Origin: a virus | Length of the DNA stretch: 64,000 bases | Direction: 5' to 3' (one strand) | IMG/VR virus record: IMGVR_UViG_3300000547_000002 | Coordinates: 1-64,000 of that record | Shown here: positions 19,185-27,523 of the stretch, in pieces | Numbering within the stretch: the first letter of the stretch is position 1 | How the letters are laid out: every line of letters begins with the position of its first letter | Position numbers and translations under genes: made by a program | Notes under the pieces: generated by a model | Told to the model about the DNA's origin: nothing | Seen by the model: only the letters and a program-made list of their open reading frames with translations | Databases searched by the model: none

Positions 19185-19851
19185 TGTAAATTGTTTTTAA
19201 CCAATCAAAATCATTTATTTTGAATAGTTCTTCTAAATTGTTTTTATTTTGTTCGCCGAACTTCTTCCCTGCCTTTGCACCCTTTATTGTGTCAATACCA
19301 AATGGTCTATTTGTTCCTTTGTTACACCAGATATCAAGTCTCTCTGCTGTTTCAATGTCCTGCTGCCTATCTATAATCCGACTTGCTAATTTAGCACACT
19401 CTCTAAATCCGCTTTTCCAGGCATTAAAAGAATCGGTGTTGAATGCTGTAATATTTGATACTTCTTTTATTGCTTTAAAATTAAAACTTATTGAAGTTGT
19501 CATGTCAGGTTTAGAAGTATCCATTTTTTTGGTTAATCGAGTAGGCAATAATTTTACGCCTCCGTAACCATAAATCAAATCATTTACAGGATTTTTAGAT
19601 CGCCAAACATGGACAGTTTCTAAATTATATTCGTCTACTTCATAATCAAAAGAAAAATCATCTAGAAGTTCAGCATCTGCGTCTACTACCCAGAACATTT
19701 TTGTGAAACACTTTTTTGCTGCTTGAATGTGGGCTTGATGTATTCCGTCTACACCGTCAATTCTTTTTGCAGAAGGGTATCTTGATTTCAATAAGTCCCA
19801 ATTTTTATCTGCGTTTGGTTCATTATACGAAATAAAAACAATATCATACAT
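19177..19851 (-). CDS. GT2-like (GT-A fold) glycosyltransferase
   Basis: DIVFISYNE, WVVDAD (DxD), YGYGGVKL; paralog of 28890..29792. Confidence 0.7.
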   Translation of the reverse strand: MYDIVFISYNEPNADKNWDLLKSRYPSAKRIDGVDGIHQAHIQAAKKCFTKMFWVVDADAELLDDFSFDYEVDEYNLETVHVWRSKNPVNDLIYGYGGVKLLPTRLTKKMDTSKPDMTTSISFNFKAIKEVSNITAFNTDSFNAWKSGFRECAKLASRIIDRQQDIETAERLDIWCNKGTNRPFGIDTIKGAKAGKKFGEQNKNNLEELFKINDFDWLKTIYND

Positions 19852-19857
19852 TGTATT

Positions 19858-19886
19858 ATGTTATATAAATCATAGTAATTTGTCAA
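19858..19886 (-). promoter_or_regulatory. possible sigma70-type promoter TTGACA-N17-TAACAT
   Basis: -35 at 19886-19881 and -10 at 19863-19858; ATG19851 lies ~7 nt downstream with no RBS (leaderless?). Confidence 0.35.
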
Positions 19887-20646
19887 CCAAAGGAGAAAGT
19901 TTGTCTGCGACTTGTCTATGTATATCAGGACCGTCGTGCATTAAATCTCTCGCACGCCCTGTGTCGATAGTATCTATAATATGTAGGTCTTGGTACTGCC
20001 TATCAAAATCGCCTTCCCAAGTCCAGTTTAATACAGGGACTCCCACATGTTGCCATAACATATTTGCAGAAAAATAACAATTATAGTTATTTGCTATCAT
20101 TTCTCCTTTTTCTATGCAATATCTTTTCAAAAACCAATCAGTATCTTTTTTTTGATATTTTGTAGTTACATTGTAATGTTTGAAAACGACTGAATTAGAT
20201 TTTTCATAAGCAAAACTTTTTCTAAAAGTTTGAGGCCATTGATAAATTACAAGCGAAGGAACAGGATATGCGTTTTTAATCCACTGCAAGCTATTAAAAT
20301 ACTGGATGTCAGGACCTGTGCCTGCTTTTCCTAGGTTTAAAAAATCTATACCTTTAGGATTTAGTAATTGAGAACACCAAATATGTTCTTCAAAATTTCC
20401 TACTCCTTCTGTGTGCGAGCATCCAAAAACTAAAACAAATTGTTTATCTAGATTCTTTATTTCTTTTGTTCTATATCCCTCTTGATTAAATTCATAAATT
20501 ATATCATCTTCTAGATATATAGGATTTACATTTTTTTTATGCCTTAAAAAAATATCATATTCTTCTGAATCCCAGCCTTTTAAACAAGCATTCTTTCTTT
20601 CTTTGTCTATTAATATTTCTTTCTCATTAAATTCAAGATCAGGCAT
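19870..20646 (-). CDS. SGNH/GDSL-like protein
   Basis: VFGCSHTEG (block I), NLGKAG (block II), RDLMHDG (block V DxxH). Confidence 0.6.
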   Translation of the reverse strand: MPDLEFNEKEILIDKERKNACLKGWDSEEYDIFLRHKKNVNPIYLEDDIIYEFNQEGYRTKEIKNLDKQFVLVFGCSHTEGVGNFEEHIWCSQLLNPKGIDFLNLGKAGTGPDIQYFNSLQWIKNAYPVPSLVIYQWPQTFRKSFAYEKSNSVVFKHYNVTTKYQKKDTDWFLKRYCIEKGEMIANNYNCYFSANMLWQHVGVPVLNWTWEGDFDRQYQDLHIIDTIDTGRARDLMHDGPDIHRQVADKLSPLVDKLL

Positions 20647-21862
20647 TTCTAGTATTTCCGTAATGAATTACCTTGCTTACAGAACTTGTAAATTTTCTCC
20701 ACGGATCGATTACAATGCTTTCAGGAGGTATAACGCAATAAATTTCATCTTGAGATTTATCTTTGGTATAATCATATGTAATACTAGCAGAATGTGCCAT
20801 TAAAAATACGCCAGGTTCTTGAGGTTGATACAAATCTCCTGTATAAGGATCAATGTAGGTAGGTGTAATTCCCATCTGTTGTAAATAGTATCCGATTAGA
20901 AGAGAATAGGAACCGTCTGTATAAGGCACTTTTGGTTTATAAGATTTGCCGTGAATATATACAGGCATGTCGTTTTCTTCTGCTAACCTGTGTAATTCTT
21001 TTGCAATATTTTCTGCCTGTACTTCTCTTGCTCGCATAATTGAGTCAAAAAGATCGTAGCCTAGGTCTAGTTCTTGGGCCATGTATCTTAGTGCAATATT
21101 ATCTCTTGGGTGACAGGATCCACCGTCCCCCATTCCTGCTGTCATATATTGTGGGCTCATTATTCTCTTAGAAGAATGTGCAAGTGCATTTGTTACAACA
21201 TCAACATTAATATTGCCCTGCTTTTGTGCGACGTCTTGAATCATGTTTACAAGAGAAATTTTTGCAGAAATAAATGTGTTATAGAAAACCTTAATACACT
21301 CGCACTCGTCATATGTGCCTACAACATAACGTGGGTTATTTTCCATTATAGTGTCATAAAAGTCTCGTAGCCGCTTTGCATCTCCTGTTTCGGTGCCGTC
21401 TTCTGTTCCTATCATTACCATTTCAGGATTTACCATATCCCATGCTACTGAACCCATTGCTATTAAATACGGATTATAAACAAATCTTGTGTTGTTGACA
21501 AGTGGTACAAATTCTCTTCTTGTAGTACCTGGCAGTACTGTAGAAATCAAAACCAAAAGCTGATTCTCGTTCATATGTTTATCGGCTTCTTGTAATACCT
21601 GTTTTACAACATCGTAAGAGAAGTCCTTTGGAGGTAAATGGCAAGTAGGATGTTTTCCGTCGTAGTCGGAATTATGAGGTGTGGGCACAGCTACAAACAC
21701 AATGTCGCAGTTTTGCACACAATCTTTAATAGATGTTTCAAATTCTACTAGATCACTAGGTAAAGGTTCTAAATCATATCCTTTTACAGTATGGCCTTTT
21801 TTAACAATTTCCTCAGCACAAGGCAAGCCTAACTTGCCTACTCCAATGTATCCAATCTGCAT
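20639..21862 (-). CDS. ugd: UDP-glucose/GDP-mannose 6-dehydrogenase
   Basis: GVGKLG Rossmann motif, VAVPTP, ISTVLPGT, KVFYNTF, catalytic GGSCHPRD. Confidence 0.9.
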   Translation of the reverse strand: MQIGYIGVGKLGLPCAEEIVKKGHTVKGYDLEPLPSDLVEFETSIKDCVQNCDIVFVAVPTPHNSDYDGKHPTCHLPPKDFSYDVVKQVLQEADKHMNENQLLVLISTVLPGTTRREFVPLVNNTRFVYNPYLIAMGSVAWDMVNPEMVMIGTEDGTETGDAKRLRDFYDTIMENNPRYVVGTYDECECIKVFYNTFISAKISLVNMIQDVAQKQGNINVDVVTNALAHSSKRIMSPQYMTAGMGDGGSCHPRDNIALRYMAQELDLGYDLFDSIMRAREVQAENIAKELHRLAEENDMPVYIHGKSYKPKVPYTDGSYSLLIGYYLQQMGITPTYIDPYTGDLYQPQEPGVFLMAHSASITYDYTKDKSQDEIYCVIPPESIVIDPWRKFTSSVSKVIHYGNTRNA

Positions 21863-21889
21863 ACAGCGTCCTTTATAAGTTTATTAACG

Positions 21890-21895
21890 TATTTA
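21890..21895 (-). promoter_or_regulatory. TAAATA late-promoter motif
   Basis: Upstream of the AAGGA RBS and ATG21862 of the ugd operon. Confidence 0.55.
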
Positions 21896-21992
21896 AAATT
21901 CCAAGCTATTTCAGAGATGCCTTCTTGATTCCTTACAATTCCTAGGGCATATTTTTGTTGTATTTGAATTTAAGTTTTTTATTTTTTTGAGA

Positions 21993-22058
21993 CTATAGAT
22001 TGTATAGTTCTTGTCCTAATTTTTCTTCTGCCCATCCGTGATATATTTTCAAAGTCAT
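21993..22058 (-). pseudogene. possible 21-aa mini-ORF or gene remnant
   Basis: MTLKIYHGWAEEKLGQELYNL*, downstream of TAAATA (22090-22085) in the only long gap of the island. Confidence 0.25.
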
Positions 22059-22092
22059 AATTTTTTCTATATCTTTAGGATATATATTTACA

Positions 22093-22680
22093 ATGTCTTT
22101 TGAAAATATTGCTAAACTAGAAAGTAAGATTGCTGACTTTTTTAGATCTGAGTATGCGGTAGCAACAGATTGTTGCACACATGCTATAGAACTTTGTTTG
22201 CGGTATACAAATGCAAAAAAAGCAGTATCACCTTTTCATACTTATATTTCGATTCCTTTTACATTCGAAAAACTAGAAATAGAATGGAGTTTTGTCAGTC
22301 TGAAATGGAACGACTATTATTACATAACAGATAGAATTATTGATGCCGCTGTTTACTGGAAAGAAAATGGTTATATAAAAAATACTTTTATGTGTTTAAG
22401 CTTTCAATACAAAAAGCATTTTAGTTTAGGTCGGGGCGGGGCTATATTAACAGATAATTATAATGATTATGTTGAACTTAAAAAAATGAGTTACGATGGT
22501 AGAATTCCTCAAATACCTTGGGCAGAACAAAATATAAAGTCTATAGGATACCACTATTACATGACACCCGAAACCGCAGAATTGGGTCTACAAAAAATAG
22601 ATGATGCTTGTCAGATACCGCCAAATCTTTGGAGTTATAAAGATTATCCTGATCTTTCCACTATGGATGTATTTAAATGA
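22093..22680 (+). CDS. compact DegT/DnrJ/EryC1/StrS-family PLP aminotransferase
   Basis: YAVATDCCTHAIEL, IIDAA (PLP Asp), SFQYKKH (PLP Lys), GRGGAILTD, GYHYYM; only 195 aa. Confidence 0.8.
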   Translation: MSFENIAKLESKIADFFRSEYAVATDCCTHAIELCLRYTNAKKAVSPFHTYISIPFTFEKLEIEWSFVSLKWNDYYYITDRIIDAAVYWKENGYIKNTFMCLSFQYKKHFSLGRGGAILTDNYNDYVELKKMSYDGRIPQIPWAEQNIKSIGYHYYMTPETAELGLQKIDDACQIPPNLWSYKDYPDLSTMDVFK

Positions 22681-22907
22681 AAATTATAACCTTCGGAGAC
22701 AGTTGGGCAGTCGGACATGGATTAGGAATAGGCGAAAACAACTTTACAGATTTTTTAAGCTCTGCTCTAAATTGCGATAATAAAAATTTTGGAGTAAGTG
22801 GCGCTAGCTTGGGTCATATTTTTCGCGATTTTACTAGAGAGATAAAACTAATTAACGGACACAAACTTATAGCTAACCTGTTATTGGAAAAATATGAGAA
22901 ATTGTAA
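22677..22907 (+). pseudogene. internally deleted SGNH/GDSL-like gene
   Basis: FGDSW (block I) and NFGVSGAS (block II) joined directly to the terminal helix NGHKLIANLL; block III and the DxxH motif are missing. Confidence 0.55.
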
Positions 22908-23862
22908 CGAATGGGGATCACTTAAAAAAGTTATTGTAGGTATATCGGACAATGCAAAAATGCCGTCTGTAGATATTTCAGTAAGGACTGTAAATCATGC
23001 AGATAAATCGGATAAAAAATCTATTATAAAAGGAAATTACCCCCAAAAAGTATTAGAAGAAGCAGCCGAAGACCTTGAAATTTTTTGTGATTTTTTAAAA
23101 TCTCAAAATATTGAAGTTTGCAGGCCTAGTGATAATAATCCAAAATATTATAATTATTGTCCTAGAGATAGTGTATTTGTATACAATGACAAATCATATG
23201 CCACACCTATGCCTATGATATGCAGACAAAAAGAATACACTGCATTTCAAAAATACTGCAAAAATTTAACAGTGTTAGATTGTTATGTAGATAACGACTT
23301 ATACAATCTAAATTGTATAGGTAATCCTAATATTCTGGCATTAAATGAAATAGCACCGTCCTTTGATGCTGCAAACATTATAAGGGCAAACAAAGATATA
23401 TTATATCTAGTTAGTAATAGTGGAAATAAAAAAGGTGCAGAATTATTACAAGATTTATTAGGCGCAGAAGTCGAAGTACATACACTAGAAAATGTTTACT
23501 CGTACATGCATATTGATTCAACAATTGCTTTTCTCAGAGAAGGTTTACTATTAGCAAATCCAGAAAGAATTAAGGATAAAAGCTTTTTGCCAAAACCTTT
23601 TTGCAATTGGGATATAATTTGGTGTCCAGAACCTTATGATATAGGACATTATCCTAATATCTGCAATGCGAGTACTTGGATAAATATGAATCTATTTTCC
23701 ATAAATGCTAAACTTGTTGTTTTGGAAGAACATCAACATAGTTTAAGAAAAGAATTAGAAAAAAAAGGGATTGACTGTGCAATGCTGCCGATGAGACATC
23801 AAAGGACACTAGGCGGCGGCTTTCACTGTGTAACATTAGACATTGAGAGAGAAAAAGAATGA
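22894..23862 (+). CDS. amidinotransferase (glycine/inosamine-phosphate amidinotransferase family)
   Basis: NEWG.LK.VIVG, CPRD, FDAAN, HIDST, GGGFHC.TLD: Cys-His-Asp triad of pentein-fold amidinotransferases. Confidence 0.9.
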   Translation: MRNCNEWGSLKKVIVGISDNAKMPSVDISVRTVNHADKSDKKSIIKGNYPQKVLEEAAEDLEIFCDFLKSQNIEVCRPSDNNPKYYNYCPRDSVFVYNDKSYATPMPMICRQKEYTAFQKYCKNLTVLDCYVDNDLYNLNCIGNPNILALNEIAPSFDAANIIRANKDILYLVSNSGNKKGAELLQDLLGAEVEVHTLENVYSYMHIDSTIAFLREGLLLANPERIKDKSFLPKPFCNWDIIWCPEPYDIGHYPNICNASTWINMNLFSINAKLVVLEEHQHSLRKELEKKGIDCAMLPMRHQRTLGGGFHCVTLDIEREKE

Positions 23863-24356
23863 CTATAAAAACCGGAAAGCTAGAAAATATATACTGGAAC
23901 GACAGTTTTAAAAGTTTCGATTACATAAAGCAACCTGTAAGTGAAGAAGAAATCACAAAGTGGAGAGAAGCAGGATATAATCATAAAAGCTTCACCGGAG
24001 AAATGTATGATAGTAAAAACCCAATGCCGGACTACGCTGATAAAATTGCTAAGGACTTGGGATTAAAAAATTGCGGTTTTGTTTTTTACAGAATGAATAC
24101 TAATGACATAATGCCTACGCATGTAGATCACTTTTCTCGTTACTGTGAAATTTTTAACGTTGACAGATATGATGTATTTAGAGCGGTAGTTTTTTTAGAA
24201 GATTGGAAAATAGGACATTATTTTGACATAGGAAATAGGGCAATAATGAATTATACCGCAGGTGAATGGATCATGTGGAGCTGTGACGAACCTCACTTTG
24301 CAGCTAACATAGGAACAGAGCCTAGATATACTCTGCAAATTACAGGAATTTTGTAA
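23859..24356 (+). CDS. putative 2OG-Fe(II) oxygenase
   Basis: MPTHVD and PHFAANIGTEPRYTLQITG (HxD..H..R). Confidence 0.65.
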   Translation: MTIKTGKLENIYWNDSFKSFDYIKQPVSEEEITKWREAGYNHKSFTGEMYDSKNPMPDYADKIAKDLGLKNCGFVFYRMNTNDIMPTHVDHFSRYCEIFNVDRYDVFRAVVFLEDWKIGHYFDIGNRAIMNYTAGEWIMWSCDEPHFAANIGTEPRYTLQITGIL

Positions 24357-25537
24357 TGGATTTTGTTCAAGACATATACTGGAACAATCTTCCCTCTAAA
24401 ATATTAAAAAGTAAGAAAAAAAGTCATATTCTTAATAATTTAATAAAAAACACGTTCCTAAATTCAATCAAAGAACCGTTTTTTTTGTTTACAGGAACCA
24501 ATGATATAGATTTTTCTTTTTTGTCTAAGGATACAAAAATATTAAAAAAACTTTCTAAAAGAAAAATAAAATTTTTTTTATACGAACCGGTATCATATTA
24601 TTTTGAAGGTTATAATTTTAATTTAGGCTACTATTCTGAATTTCATTCAGCTCATAATAATTCAAAGAAATTAAGAGCAGAAGAATTAGATTACCTTAAC
24701 GAATTAGGAAAAAAAATAAACGGAATTGTAGTTAATCATGGGGATTATGGTTTACAAAAGTTTTTAGGAGAGAAGTACCCTTATATCACTTTTAAATGCA
24801 GAGACATTTTTATCAGGCAAGCTGCCTTAAGCTATATGCCTTTAGATACAGAATTTATTCCAAAAATAACCAAAAGATTTTGGTGCGGCAACGGAAGATA
24901 CACCATCCATAGGCACATTATAATGTGCTACTTAGCAGATAAATTAGGAAATTATAGCTGGTGGTTTAAGGGAAACACTGATTGGGAATCTGTCATTGAT
25001 TGGATAGAAGATTTACCTAGAGAATACCTTAAAAAAAATAATAAAATACTTAACGATAACAATTGGGAGTTAGATTTTTGCTCAGATAAAATCAATATAG
25101 ATGAAAAACACTCTTTATATCTGCCCGAAGGACCATTTTCTCAGCCTAACATAAAATACAAAAAAACTTTTGACGAATGTTTTGTGTGTATTATAAATGA
25201 AACTCGCTTTGCTCAACCTACTGCTAACTTTTCAGAAAAAGTAATAGATGCTATTAACTATAGAAAACCTTTTATTGTAGTGGCACCGCCTAAAACTTTA
25301 GAATACATAAGAAAACTAGGTTTCAAAACTTTTTCTAACTATTGGGATGAGTCATATGACCAAATTGAAAATCATAACGATCGAATGTTAGCTATTTTTA
25401 AACTAATAGACGAAATAAATTCTAAAAGTTTGAATGAACTTAATGACCTAAATGTAAACATGCAAGAATTATTAGAGCATAATAGGAATCTAGTAAAAAA
25501 ACTACCAAAAAATAATACAGTCATAAATGATAATTAA
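24356..25537 (+). CDS. putative GT-B-like glycosyltransferase
   Basis: C-terminal IINET...FSEK..DAI...KPFIV....L..IRKLGFKTF...WDESYD resembles the GT10/GT47-type nucleotide-sugar-binding region. Confidence 0.5.
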   Translation: MDFVQDIYWNNLPSKILKSKKKSHILNNLIKNTFLNSIKEPFFLFTGTNDIDFSFLSKDTKILKKLSKRKIKFFLYEPVSYYFEGYNFNLGYYSEFHSAHNNSKKLRAEELDYLNELGKKINGIVVNHGDYGLQKFLGEKYPYITFKCRDIFIRQAALSYMPLDTEFIPKITKRFWCGNGRYTIHRHIIMCYLADKLGNYSWWFKGNTDWESVIDWIEDLPREYLKKNNKILNDNNWELDFCSDKINIDEKHSLYLPEGPFSQPNIKYKKTFDECFVCIINETRFAQPTANFSEKVIDAINYRKPFIVVAPPKTLEYIRKLGFKTFSNYWDESYDQIENHNDRMLAIFKLIDEINSKSLNELNDLNVNMQELLEHNRNLVKKLPKNNTVINDN

Positions 25538-26681
25538 AAATCCATACATCGACTCGTGCGAAAGTTCTACATTTTCAGTATTATTTGATTACTTTAATTG
25601 GCGCGACGATATACAATTAATACATGGGCTAATGAAATATCCTGAATGGAAGCCTAATGTAAATATCCTTAATTTTATAAAAAATCTAGAAGAGCTAAGA
25701 TACAATGCCAATTGTTATTTTGTTTTTGATGCTTCTACAGAAGGATTTTCACCTTTCAAAAACTTCTTCTTTCATAACCTATACGAATCATGTAGATTAC
25801 ATAATATTAAGCCTAACAAGATTATATTTGTTTCAACAAATATGAAAGATTTAACCAATATTGAAAGATATAATAAAGAAAATAGAATACAAGAAAGTAT
25901 AAGAGTTTTTCCTTTCTTAAGTTTCAAAAAAATGATTCAAGATTTGATAGAGGACAATTACGGCTTTAATTTTAACAGCAATTCTGCATTTGAATATTTC
26001 AAATCTGAATGTGACAGAAAATTTAGCGGAGATTTTGGATTAAGTTTAAGCAGAGTAAATCGATCACATAGAACTCTTGCTCATTATCTTCTACACTCTA
26101 CCAACCTAGACAGACATTTTAAATTAAGTCAAGATAGAATTTCTGAAGATGACATAAGATACACTGCACAACATTATTTGCTTGATAAAAATTTTTTAAA
26201 ATGGTGTTCTACTCTACCAAAGGTTGTCGACACAGAAGATTTTGAAACTAATCATGCTTTATCTATTAATAGTCATCTTCACAATTCAACTCTATTTCAG
26301 ATTGTAAATGAAACTCACGTAAAAAACTGGCAAAATACGAGTTTATTTTATTCAGAAAAAACATTTAGATCCATGGCTCACATGCAACCGTTCCTGATAT
26401 TTGGACAGCCAGGCTGTAATAGAAAATTAGAACAATTAGGTTTTAGACTTTTTAGAGAAGATTTTGATTACTCCTTTGATGATATTCAAGACACAAAAAA
26501 ACGTTACCTTGCAATAATAGATACTATTAGACAGGTAGTTAAACAACTGAACGAGATGAATAGAGACGAACAAATAAAATGGAGATTTAGGAGAGAAGAA
26601 ACACTCAAACACAATTTTGATTTAGTAATGGACATTAACTATTTTAGACAGGATTTTGAAAAACTGATAGAGGCATTATGA
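25527..26681 (+). CDS. putative GT-B-like glycosyltransferase (paralog of 24356..25537)
   Basis: IVNET...FYSEKTFR....QPFLIFG....LEQLGFRLF...FDYSFD. Confidence 0.5.
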   Translation: MIIKNPYIDSCESSTFSVLFDYFNWRDDIQLIHGLMKYPEWKPNVNILNFIKNLEELRYNANCYFVFDASTEGFSPFKNFFFHNLYESCRLHNIKPNKIIFVSTNMKDLTNIERYNKENRIQESIRVFPFLSFKKMIQDLIEDNYGFNFNSNSAFEYFKSECDRKFSGDFGLSLSRVNRSHRTLAHYLLHSTNLDRHFKLSQDRISEDDIRYTAQHYLLDKNFLKWCSTLPKVVDTEDFETNHALSINSHLHNSTLFQIVNETHVKNWQNTSLFYSEKTFRSMAHMQPFLIFGQPGCNRKLEQLGFRLFREDFDYSFDDIQDTKKRYLAIIDTIRQVVKQLNEMNRDEQIKWRFRREETLKHNFDLVMDINYFRQDFEKLIEAL

Positions 26682-27523
26682 AAAGATACAAAAGATTTTT
26701 TGCTTTCGGATGTTCTTTTACTCATTATAAATGGGCGACATGGGCGAATATTCTAGCATACGAATTAGATTGCGAATTTTTTAATTTGGGGAAAAGCGGT
26801 GCAGGGAACAGTTTTATCGCTAATCAAATTTCTCAAGCGGATGCATATTTCAATTTTACACAAGAAGATTTAGTTGTAGTAAGTTGGACTAATATCTCAC
26901 GCGAGGATAGATATAGAGACACAGGATGGATCACGCCAGGTAATATTTACTCGCAACATGATTATGATGAAAACTTTGTCTCTAATTACGCAAACGATAC
27001 CCATTTTGCATTGCGAGATTTTTCTTACATTCATTTTGTAAAAAACCTGTTAGAAAGTAAAACCAACTGGCATTTTTTACAAATGTGTAACATAGTTAAT
27101 GTAATTAATCAATGGGAATCAAACAGAAGATCGAACTCTGACATCAAAAATATTTCAGACTTATATACTGATTCTTTACAACACATTGTTCCGAGTTTTT
27201 ATGATGTTTTATGGAGAGGAAACATTGATAATAAATGGAAAAGTGATTGGAGAGAAATACACCCGAACTATTCTGACGGACATCCTACACCATTAGAGCA
27301 TTTGCAATATCTAGAAAGAACAATCATGCCCAACATATCAGAAAAAACAAAACAAGCTGTATATTCTTTACAAGAACAATGGCGAGATTATATTCGAGAA
27401 GGATATAAAAACACTTCTATAGATTGCGGGCTACACGACATGCCAAACAATTGGGTAGATAAAATGCATAATTTATTTAGACTGAGGGAAGAAAAGCCTA
27501 TTCCCAGTGTGCTGTATCATTGA
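26678..27523 (+). CDS. SGNH/GDSL-like protein
   Basis: AFGCSFT, NLGKSGAGN, DGHPT. Confidence 0.6.
   Translation: MKRYKRFFAFGCSFTHYKWATWANILAYELDCEFFNLGKSGAGNSFIANQISQADAYFNFTQEDLVVVSWTNISREDRYRDTGWITPGNIYSQHDYDENFVSNYANDTHFALRDFSYIHFVKNLLESKTNWHFLQMCNIVNVINQWESNRRSNSDIKNISDLYTDSLQHIVPSFYDVLWRGNIDNKWKSDWREIHPNYSDGHPTPLEHLQYLERTIMPNISEKTKQAVYSLQEQWRDYIREGYKNTSIDCGLHDMPNNWVDKMHNLFRLREEKPIPSVLYH

Noticed and set aside
11287-23862. Complete 7-deazaguanine/archaeosine DNA-modification pathway
   Set aside because: No FolE, QueD or DpdA recognised in the window, and the amidinotransferase is pentein-type rather than ArcS/QueF-like.
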